Shown one piece after another: positions 1-9,400 of a DNA stretch of 19,246 nucleotides. The stretch lies in assembly GCA_000388065.2 (NCBI GenBank), contig KB932204.1. One strand, given 5' to 3'. Each line of letters begins with the position of its first letter. Position 1 is the stretch's first letter. Source of the DNA: Fonticula alba ATCC 38817 (taxonomy: Eukaryota > Protista > Nucleariida). The position numbers and the translations under genes were made by a program. The notes beneath the pieces are model-generated. The model did not search any database, was not told the DNA's origin, and saw nothing but the letters and a program-made list of their open reading frames with translations.

Positions 1-50
1 CCCCCCCCCCCCCCCCCGTTTGTGACCTCGCCAACAACGTTGCAACACAG

Positions 51-1765
51 CCGCCTGGATCTGTACTCGCTCCAGTGGGACAACATCCGCCTGCAGGATT
101 ACAAGAGCGCGGTGGCTCCCTTCGGCGGCCCCATTGCCCTGGTCCGCGATGACACCAAGTTGGTTTCCATCAACAAGGGCACCTCCGGCCGCCGGCGGAT
201 CATGATTTATTCCTCCTCGGGGCAGCTGCTTCGTGAGATCCCCGTGCGTGAGATTCCCCCGCCCGGTGCCTTGGCTCTTCCCTCTTCCTCTGCCCCCCTC
301 TTCGCCGTCTGGTCCGATGCTTTGCCAGCCCCGGGGTGGGGCCAAATTCTAACTCCCGCTCGGGCACCTTGCCTTGCCCCCGCCGCCGCCGCGCATGCGT
401 CCCAACCGGCAGGATGACAAGCCGAAGCTCGTGTCGATTGGCTGGCTGGAGGACGAGCGCCTGGCGTGTGTCTATGAAGATGGCATCATTCGGATCTACA
501 ACATTCTCGGGGCCCAGGGCGACTTTGTGTCCTTCAACACCCTGCGGGACAAGCGCATCATCGATTGTCAAATCCTGCCGACGGTGATCGTGGTCCTCAC
601 CTCGGAGCTTGACTTCATCGTGGTGTCGTCGATGCACGCGCCACGCATGAGTGCCCTGGCCAAGACCGGTACGCCCGACACCGCCTCTGCATTCCGGGCT
701 CCTGCTGGCTCTCCTCCCTCGCCTTCCCCTTTCCGGCCGTCTGCCTTCCCACCATGCTGATGTCCCTCCCCCCCTCCACCCCTGTCTCTCTGACCCCTTC
801 TCGCCCTCTCGACAGGCCTGACTTCTCGGCCCACTTCCTGGCTGGCGTTGGATCCGCGCAAGAACTCCAACAGCTTCGAGGTTTTCTTCTCCGACGCGAA
901 TGGCATCCAGCGTCTGACGCGCTCGTCATCGGTTGCCTTCGTGCGTACCCCCTGCTGAGCCCCGCTGACTGCCGCCTCTCCATCCTGTTCTCTTTTTTTT
1001 TTCTGCTCGCTCCGTCCCCCTCTTGCCCGCCCGCTCCGTCTCTCGCTGACCCTGGTTCCATGTTGTCACAGCCGCCCAACAACACCATTTGCGCCACCCG
1101 CATGGCCATCACCGTGGATCTCAGCTACCTGGCGTTGGTGCACTCGACCAACCAGCTCCACATCTTCAACACGCAGACCGGCAAGTCCTTCGACCAGTTC
1201 CTCTACCGGTCGGAGGCGCCGACCGCCATGAGCTGGTGCTCCAATCATGTTGTCCTGCTCCACTGGCCCGGGGAGTTGCTTTGCGTGACGCCAGATGAGC
1301 AGCATTCGTGTGTGCCCAAACGCCCTTTTTTCTTTTGCCCCCTCCCCTTGGGCTTCGTTGCCCTCCTGCCTCCCCACCCTGGCCGGCTTTTCCAGTCCTA
1401 ACTCTTTTTCCCCCCCCCCCCCCCCTGCGGCTTGCAGGTTCCCCTGTCTGCCGGATGAGCATCTGGTCCTGGCGCCGGAGCCCGACAGCATGCGTGTTTT
1501 CAGCTCGACCAACTGCTCGCTCGTGCAAATGGTGCCCAAGTCGGTGGAGTCCATCTTCTCGCTGTTGGCCTCGTCCCCGGCAAGTTCGCTGTATGAGGCC
1601 TTCCGCGCATTCGAGGTGCGCACCGTTCCCGGTGCAAACTGGCCGGCCTCACCCTCCCACCCCATGGCCACCTGTCTAACCTTCGCCTCTCGTCTCCCCG
1701 GCTGGCTCTTTGCCTGCGGCACGATCGCACGATCGCACGCCCGCACAATCGCATGATCGCACGCC

Positions 1766-1802
<37 letters not shown>

Positions 1803-3517
1803 CAAATCCCCCGATGCGGATACCTACCTTCGGCGGATCAAGCACGTCCTCAAAGAGGCGGTGGATGGGTGCCTCGCTGCTGCAAGTGAGCAGTTCTGTC
1901 CCCGGTCGCAGGCGCAGCTCCTGAAGGCGGCCTCCTTCGGCAAGTGCTTCATCGACGCGGCAAGCGGCTATGATCATGGGCAGTTTGGCCGCATGTGTAA
2001 CTGGCTGCGTGTGCTGAAGGCCGTGCGCCACCACTCGGTCGGCATCCCGATGACCTACTTCCAGGTGACCTCTCGCCCGGCGGACGAGCTGATCCGAATG
2101 CTCACGCGCCGGCACATGCACCTGCTGGCGCTGCGCATTGCGCAGTTCCTCAACCACGCGGAGGCTACCATGCCGGGCCCGGCCGTCGCGGGCAAGGCCC
2201 CGGCCGCGCCGATCCGCGTGGACCAGATCCTGGTGGACTGGGCCCGGGAGAAGGTTCGCCAGTCGACCAATGACGAGGAGCTGTGCTGGCTGATCCGCGA
2301 AAAGTTCCGCTCCTGCCCGGGCGTGGCATATGCCGACGTGGCAGACATGGCCTTCCAAACCAAGCGCGAGCGTCTGGCGGAGAACCTGCTGGAATTCGAG
2401 CCGCATCCCGGCCGGCAGGTGCCGCTGCTGCTGAAGATGGGCAAGAATGAAAAGGCCCTGCAGCGGGCGATCGAGTCGGGCGACCCGGACATGAGTGCGT
2501 GTTTTCTCCCCCCGCCCCCCCGCCCCCCCCCCTCCCCCCCTTTTCCGTGCCTTTCCTGTTGCTTGGATACTCTTGCTGACAGGTGCCATGCCTCTCCTCC
2601 CGCCCTGTCCCCTGTTGGCAGTCAATGAGCTTCTCGGGGAGATGAGCGAGAACATGTCGCCGACCGAGTTCCTGGCCCTCTTCAAGAGCAATCCCGCGGC
2701 GGTGCCCCTGCTGGAGTCCTTCTGCCTGAAGTACAACCGGTCGCTGTTGCGGAGTTTCTACTACCAGTATGACCGACATGTGTCGGTGGGGTCGCTGCTG
2801 GCCCTGCAGAAGCCGGCTGGCGAGGGGGCCGAGGCGCGCATCAAGGATCTGAAGGCGGCCTTCGACCAGTTCCAGCTCGGAGGCGATAGCCCGGCGCTGC
2901 GGAGCACGGCCGATGCGCTGGCCGGCTTTACGCAGGACGAAATCAAGCTCCAGCGCTTCCAGCAGGACCTGGATCTGCTGGCCATCAAGAAGAAGCTTTC
3001 CCTCGGGGTGGACCGGCTGCCGGCCACCTTCGTGGGGCTGACCTATGCCGACACCCTGCGTGGGCTGTTCTTCCTGGATCATGCCCTGGCTGGCGCTTCG
3101 TCCGGGGCGCAGCTTGGCACTTCGGAGCGGGCATTCGACTTCTTCCGGCAGTACAAGATCCCCGACCGACAGTACTGGTGGGTGAAGTTGGATGTCTGCT
3201 GCCTGGCGAGAAATTGGCCGGAGCTCGAGCGCATGGTGGGGTCGGCCAAGAACCCGATCGGCTTCCAGGCCTTCGTGGATGGCCTGCTGGCCGGGGAGGC
3301 CCCCCCGTCGGAGGTGGCCAAGTATGTGAAGCGTCTGCCGGCGGCCGCGGACCGGGCTCGGTACTTCTCGCGGATTATGTACTGGAAGGAGGCCCATGCG
3401 GCGGCCGTCGAGGCCAAGGATCTGGCCCTGTTGGAGGAGCTGCGCGCGGCCTGTCGCGACCGGGAGGTGGTGGTCAGCTTCGATCGGTCGATCAGCCAGA
3501 TGCAGTCGCGCCGCTGA
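51..3517 (+). CDS. VPS16: Vacuolar protein sorting 16 (HOPS/CORVET core subunit), 5'-partial, 7 exons visible
   Basis: Inferred exons <51-243, 413-668, 816-940, 1072-1307, 1438-1615, 1801-2494, 2622-3517 (TGA 3515-3517). All introns are GT..AG and phase-compatible. Vps16-type motifs: RLDLYSLQW..AVAPFGGPIAL, SIGWLEDERL, NKSPDAD, VGIPMTYFQ, QVPLLLKM..AL.RAIESGDPD, YKIPDRQYWWVK, KNPIGFQAFV. The first exon lies upstream of the window (acceptor AG at 49-50). Confidence 0.95.
1768..1799 (+). repeat. (CA)16 microsatellite abutting the 3' splice site of a VPS16 intron
   Basis: Read directly. It is preceded by degenerate CACGATCG/CACGCCCG 8-mer units at ~1719-1767. Confidence 0.9.
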
Positions 3518-3822
3518 GAGGGCAGCGGGGGGGGGGGGAAAGACACCATCAAGCGAATCGGTTTGTGGCCCTCTTTTCGGCTCTCTCTCTCTCTCTCTCC
3601 TCCTTCCTCTCCCCCCATCTGCTGTCTTTCTCCCTCTCCCCCCCCCCCTCCCTCTTCTTGGGGCCGTGTATGTGTGTATGTCCATGCGTGGAGAGTATGT
3701 CTAGCGAATGGAAGCACTTTTTCTCCGTTATTTCTATTGGTACATTTGCGCTGATGGATTGCGACAAACCTTCCCCATGGGTGGAACACAGGGAGGCCAG
3801 GGCTTTGGGCAAGGCCGCACTC

Positions 3823-4296
3823 TCAATTGTTGAGCTTGTAGGTGTATCTGCCATGCGACAGCAAGGGGGTGGGCAATGTCAGGGACCGAGGGTGTGCACG
3901 TGGCTTCGGGGGAGGGGGACGCAAAACAAAGGGCCAAGGGCAAGGGACGAAGGGGGACGGCAGGGCAGATGGCCGGGCGCCCGGCAGTGGGCCGGGACAG
4001 GGCCAGGAGGCGAGTGACGTACGAGCACTTGGTGCAAGTGTAGAAGATCGTGGCACCCTCATCGGCCGAGCGAAGCTGCATCGTACGGAAGGACATCTCG
4101 TCGTGGCCGCACTTCGGGCAGATTTCGCGCACAGTGGCACCCTTGCCAAGCTCGGCGGCGGCCAGCTCGGCGGCAGCAGCCCGGCGCGATGCGTGGCCCA
4201 CGCGGTGCTTCTCAAAGAACCCGGGCCGGCTCTGGGTAATGTTGATGGCGTCCTCGAATTCTGCGCCGGGGGGAAGCATCAGAGAGGGGTCAGATC

Positions 4297-4337
<41 letters not shown>

Positions 4338-4498
4338 GACAAGAGGCGGGCCCCGGAGGGGAGGAAGATGCGCGTACCCTTGGCCGGGGTCAGGTGGAGA
4401 CAGGTCGGGCAGGAGGCGGTCTTGTCATGGGTGGGGATGGACAGGAGGGAGCCGCAGAGAGCACAGAAGGGAGGGCCGCCGGAGGACTGGTTGACCAT
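3823..4498 (-). CDS. RPA12: RNA polymerase I subunit RPA12 (ZNRD1/POLR1H), 127 aa, 3 exons
   Basis: Exons 4498-4378, 4260-4023, 3847-3823 total 384 nt. N-terminal Zn ribbon FCALCGSLL...CPTC. C-terminal TFIIS-like ribbon CPKCGHDEMSFRTMQLRSADEGATIFYTCTKC with the QLRSADEG signature. Ends YKLNN*, as in Rpa12. Confidence 0.95.
4298..4336. repeat. (AGC)13 / (GCT)13 trinucleotide repeat in RPA12 intron 1
   Basis: Read directly: 39 nt of perfect repeat. Confidence 0.95.
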
Positions 4499-4936
4499 GG
4501 TGGGAGAGAAAGAGGGGAGGGGGGCAGCACACACGAGGCGAGACTGGGGGCTCGGGGGGGGGGGGGGGGGGGAGGAGATTTGGGCGGGCGCATGCCCTCC
4601 GAGCACGGGTGCGCGCACAAAAAAGCCGCGAGAGCCACGAGCGGGCTGCCATCGGAGGGTACGTTGGCAGTGGCCGAGATGCCCGATCGCCGCCAAGTTT
4701 GCGGCGGATCAAGAATGCCCGATGACGGTGGTTATGGGGAGCACCATTCCCCCTGTGTGGAAGAGGCACCCCGCCGCCTGGCGGGACGCGCCGGTCTGGG
4801 TGGCATTGCAGGGCATTGCTCTTCCTCTTCCCTCTCCACCTCTCTCGCCCTTCGCCTCCCCTCCCCCTTGTACTCCTTTTGTATTGGGCATCTTGACCGG
4901 CTCACCTCTCGGGCCGCGGGAAAAAGACCGAAACGC
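4499..4936. promoter_or_regulatory. Probable bidirectional promoter/5' UTR region shared by RPA12 and NAA20
   Basis: The two ATGs face head-to-head, 438 nt apart. No specific promoter motif identified, so this is a positional inference only. Confidence 0.5.
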
Positions 4937-5071
4937 ATGACTACCATCCGTCCCTTCCGGGCTGAGGATCTGTTTGAGACCAACCTCATGTATGTGGCCT
5001 GACCTTGCCTTTTACTTTGTCCCCTCCGATGAATGTCCCTGATCGCGGTGAAGCTCACGCACACGCACACG

Positions 5072-5102
<31 letters not shown>

Positions 5103-5179
5103 ACACACACACACACGCACACGCACGCACACGCACACACACGCACGCGCACGCACACACACGCACGCGCACTCACACA

Positions 5180-5228
<49 letters not shown>

Positions 5229-5811
5229 ACTACCTCTTCCCCCCGCTGCAGCAACCTGGACCATCTGACGGAGAATGTGCGCTTCGTATGGTGCTGATAT
5301 TGTGTGTCCTATCCACGGCCGTTCACTGACCCTGCCCCCCTGTGCTTAGTACAATGTGTCCTTCTACTTCACATACCTGGCCTCTTGGCCGGAGCTTTTC
5401 ACGGCTGCGGTCAGCTCGGACAATACCATGATGGCTTATGGTGCGTTGGCAAGCCCATAGGGCGATGAGCACCTGCACTTGGCCGATCCCCTCGAGCATG
5501 GACGGGCGGCCGGGTCATGCCGATGACCATGCTGCCTGGTGGCCATCCACTCACTGACATGCTCCTTCCCTGAAGTTATGGGCAAGGTCGAGGGCAAGGG
5601 TACCCTGTGGCATGGCCATGTCACGGCCATCACGGTGGCGCCCATTTACCGTCGACTTGGTTTGGCTGCCAGCCTCATGCACTCGTTGGAGGAGATTTCC
5701 GAGAAATTGTGCGTCACCATTGCAAAGGGGCCGAGAGGAGGCGAGGGGAAAGGGCAGGTATTTTCTTGGCCATTTCCCTCATGGTGAAACCATGGCTCGG
5801 GACTGACTTTC

Positions 5812-5845
<34 letters not shown>

Positions 5846-6164
5846 TCAGCCACGACACCTACTTTGTGGATTTATTCGTGCGGACAACCAACGCCGTGGC
5901 TATCAACATGTATAAGAAGCTGGGGTACACCATCTATCGCCGGGTGATCGGATACTACTCGAAGTCGGACGATGCCTATGGTACGCTACTTTCCCGGGCC
6001 CAGACGCGCAGGGCCTGCTTTCTGCTTTGGTCAGTATTAACATGCTCCCCCTTCTCGCCCATGTGGAGACAGATATGCGCCGGGCGTGTGCGCGCGATCC
6101 CAAGGGCTTGTCAGTGATCCCCATGACGCGGCCGGTCTACCCGCACGAAATCAATTTCGACTAA
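4937..6164 (+). CDS. NAA20: N-terminal acetyltransferase B catalytic subunit (NatB; NAA20/Nat3), 174 aa, 6 exons
   Basis: Exons 4937-4989, 5252-5276, 5350-5440, 5576-5708, 5850-5980, 6073-6164 total 525 nt. Spliced protein reads [91 protein letters not shown], all characteristic of Naa20. Confidence 0.97.
5055..5226. repeat. Compound (CA)n/(CACG)n microsatellite (~170 nt) in NAA20 intron 1
   Basis: Read directly: near-continuous alternating purine-pyrimidine sequence. Confidence 0.95.
5814..5841 (+). repeat. (TC)14 microsatellite forming the polypyrimidine tract of NAA20 intron 4
   Basis: Read directly. Lies between a GACTGAC branch-like site (5801-5807) and the acceptor AG at 5848-5849. 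Confidence 0.85.
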
Positions 6165-6301
6165 GATCCAGGCGCCCCCTGTGCCCTGGGGAGCCCCCCA
6201 CAATGCACCGAGAGCATCTCCCCCCTCCTCGTCTGTCTTACCTGTCCCTGGCAGGGATACTTCCTCGGCTGTGACGAACGATGCAAGCTCGCATGTATGT
6301 A

Positions 6302-6305
<4 letters not shown>

Positions 6306-6342
<37 letters not shown>
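6306..6342. repeat. (TG)~18 microsatellite between the convergent NAA20 and kinase stop codons
   Basis: Read directly. Confidence 0.9.
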
Positions 6343-6348
<6 letters not shown>

Positions 6349-6438
6349 CGTGTGTGTTGTGCGGGAGGGAAGAGAGTAAATTTATTGCTTTTTATGTGTG
6401 CTTTTTTTCTAGATACGGGGCAAGAAGAGGAGAAGAGG

Positions 6439-9400
6439 TCAGCCTGGAGCAAAAGGGGCCAGCTGCGCAAGGATGTCACGAGCCGAGGGGCGTCCCTCGG
6501 GCTGCACATCCCAGCACCGTTCTATGAGGCTGGTGACTGCCTGCTCGGCGGGCTGGCCACCGAGGCTGGCTTTAAGCTCTGCCAGGCTGGGCCGCTCGCC
6601 GGCGAGGACTTGCTGGCGAATGTTCCTGCTCTTGAGCCCTGTTTGCCAATGTGCGAGAGGGGAGAGGGGGGGGGGGATAGACAGAGCAAGATCAGTTGCA
6701 TGACACGTTATGCGTATGCGTGAGGGTTAGAAAGAACAGAATCCACTGCCAGGGATGAGGGGGGATAGAAGGGAAAAGGGGAGGGGGGGGGGGACGCACC
6801 GGACCAGGGCAGCTTGCGGCAGAAGATGCACCAGAGAACCATGCCGGCGGAGAAAACGTCACTTCCCCGGAGTGCGGAGTACTCGAGGAAGCGGCGTTGC
6901 GAGGAGGCGAACAGGAGCTGCGGACCGGCAAACAATCGGTCGGAGGGGCACACGCCAGGAAGCGGTCGGGGGAAAGGGAGGATGAGCAAGGGGAAGGGAG
7001 AAGAGGGAGGAGCAGCCGACGGGGCGCGGAAGGACATTCTGAACAGGGGTGGGGGGGGGGGGGGCGCACCTCGGGCGAGGAGTACGGCACGGCCGCGGGG
7101 TTCAGGGCCGGGGCGCGGCGGGAGGCATTCGGTGGGGCATCCTGCAGGGTGGAAAGGACATTGGAGGAGGCGAAGTCGCCGATGACCGCATTCCAGCTCC
7201 CATCCTCCGATTGACGGACGAGAATGTTGGCCGGACGAATGTCCCGATGGACAATACCACGGGTATGAACGGCAGCAAGGCCAGAAGCTGGGCGGTTTTG
7301 GGGGGGGGGGCCGTCGGCGGTTGTCGGCCGGGGGAGGGCGCAGCCAGCGATCACAGGTTAGGCGCATGGGGGGGGGGGGCAAGCTCCGGGACCGGAAAAG
7401 GAGGACAGACAAGGCACGACGCACCAAAGTGCACGGCAATCCGGAGCATGGCCCGCGGCGTGAGGGGGAGATCCGACCGGAGGAGCGTGGCCAGGCACGA
7501 GTAGTAGAGCTCGGTGATGGCGGCGCGCGGCTGCTCGGAATAGGCCAGGAGCTTGAGAATGCCGAACTCCTCGCGCAATGTCCAGAGAATGGTGATCTCA
7601 TTGTGGAAGGCCGAGCGCCCAGCCGGCGAGGCGGGATCACGATAGGTTTTGATGGCCACCGAGCCCCGGGTCTGCAGCGTCTGCCGGAGCTGGGGGTTGA
7701 GGATGCGCGCGGAGGAGACCGATGCCTGAAGCCCCTCGCCGAGGGGTTCGAGCATCATGAAGTCGATTTCGGCCGACACGAGGACCGAATCCGGAGGGGA
7801 GAGATCTGGTTCGGGAGGTGGGCGAGGAGCAGGGGGGGGGNNNNNNNNNNNNNNNNNNNNNNNNNNNNNCCGGGCGAAAGGGGCCTACCGGAAAAGGTGT
7901 TGAGTGGAGTCAGGCCGAGATTGCCCTCGAGGCCGGCCTTGGACCGGGTGGGATCCTGCTGGCGTCGCCGGTAAAGCAGCAATCCCACCAGAAGCAGGCC
8001 CACCAGAAGAATGGTCACGCCGACGCCGACGCCGACGCCCACACCGATGGCTGGCGTGCGTGCACAGCAGAAGGGGACACCCCATGAGAAGGGTGCCGGA
8101 GCAGGCGCAGGATGGGGAGGGTGAGGATGGGAGCAGGCAGAGGGATGTGCAGGGGGGGGGGGGGGGGGGATTGGCCGCGGCAGCGGCTGGGACACAGGGC
8201 ATCACAGGTGGCCCACGCACTGCGGTTGGCCGGCGGCGGGGCGGCCGACGAATCATCGATGCAGTCCTCCGATGAGGGACCATCACAAAGAAGGCAGGCC
8301 CCGGCGCAGGGGGCACACTGGGCCGGGGTCGCTTCCCCGGCCGGGCTCAGGTAAAACCCATCCGGACAGGCCTCCACACAACGGTGGCCCCCGGTGGCGG
8401 CGCTCAGCAAGGCAAGCCCAGCCTGGCAACGGTCGCACTTGGGCACCTGGGTGCATGCGAAGCCACGGGGATGGTCGGCCGCCGGCTCGCAGGCCGGCGT
8501 CCCCGGGGGGGCCGCCTCGGCGGCGGCTTCATCGCACACGGCACAGCCGTCCACCATGCATGGCAGGCAAAGGGCCTGGTCGGGGGCCCCAGCGGCCCGG
8601 GGCCGATGCAGGGCCGCGTAGCCCACCGCGCAGGGGTCGGCCGTGCAGCGGGTTTGATCGGTGACCAGCCACTCATCCGCCGACGGGCAGGCGGTGCACT
8701 GGTCCGCCTGGGGACCCACGCAAGCCGAGCAGGCGGCGTCACACCCGACACAGGCGCCGGTGGCCGGCTCCAGGAAGAAGCCATCCGGGCAGATCCCCGA
8801 GCAGGCGCCCTGCCAGAGGGAATGCCCCGGGGGGCAGCCGGTGCATTGGTTGTCGGCCGGGCCGGCACAAGTCACGCAGGAGCCATGGCAAGCCTGGCAG
8901 GCATCGGCCTGTGCAAAGGACCCGGCCGGGCAGCTGGCCAAGCAGGCCCCCTGCCAGAGGAACCGGCCGGCCGGACAGACGATGCAATCCCCGGCAGCGG
9001 GGCCATCACACGCGGCGCACGATTCATGGCAGGGGCCACAGACCCCGGTGCTGACATCGGCATAGAGACCATCGGGACACCGCACAACGCAGGAGCCCGT
9101 CCCGGGGTCAAGCCAGAACCCATTGAGGCAGGCATCGCAGCCGGCGGAGCCGGAGCAAGCCGCACAGCCGGCCGGGCAGGCCGTGCACCCGGCCCCAGTG
9201 GGCCGGAACCCGGGAGCGCAGGCGGTGCAGGCGGTCGCGCTGTCAGCACACTGGGCGCACTCCAGGGCGCAAGCGGCGCAACGCCGGGCGGCAAGGTCGG
9301 CGAAGCGCCCACTGCCGCAGTCCTCGACGCAAGTGTCATCAACCGGGTCGAGGAAGCGGCCACTCGGGCAGCCGGTGCAGGCGGCGGCATTGCCGTAGCA

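Noticed and set aside
1066-3685. Long minus-strand ORFs (556 aa, 506 aa) and other overlapping ORFs over VPS16
   Set aside because: Antisense or off-frame shadows of VPS16 that cross introns and low-complexity repeats, with no domain signal.
3842-5002. 386-aa plus-strand ORF ending in MTTIRPF...
   Set aside because: Mostly antisense to RPA12 and the promoter. Only the last ~18 codons are the true NAA20 exon 1.
4732-5329. Cys/Val-rich and His/Thr-rich ORFs
   Set aside because: These are translations of the (CA)/(TG) microsatellite, not metal-binding proteins.
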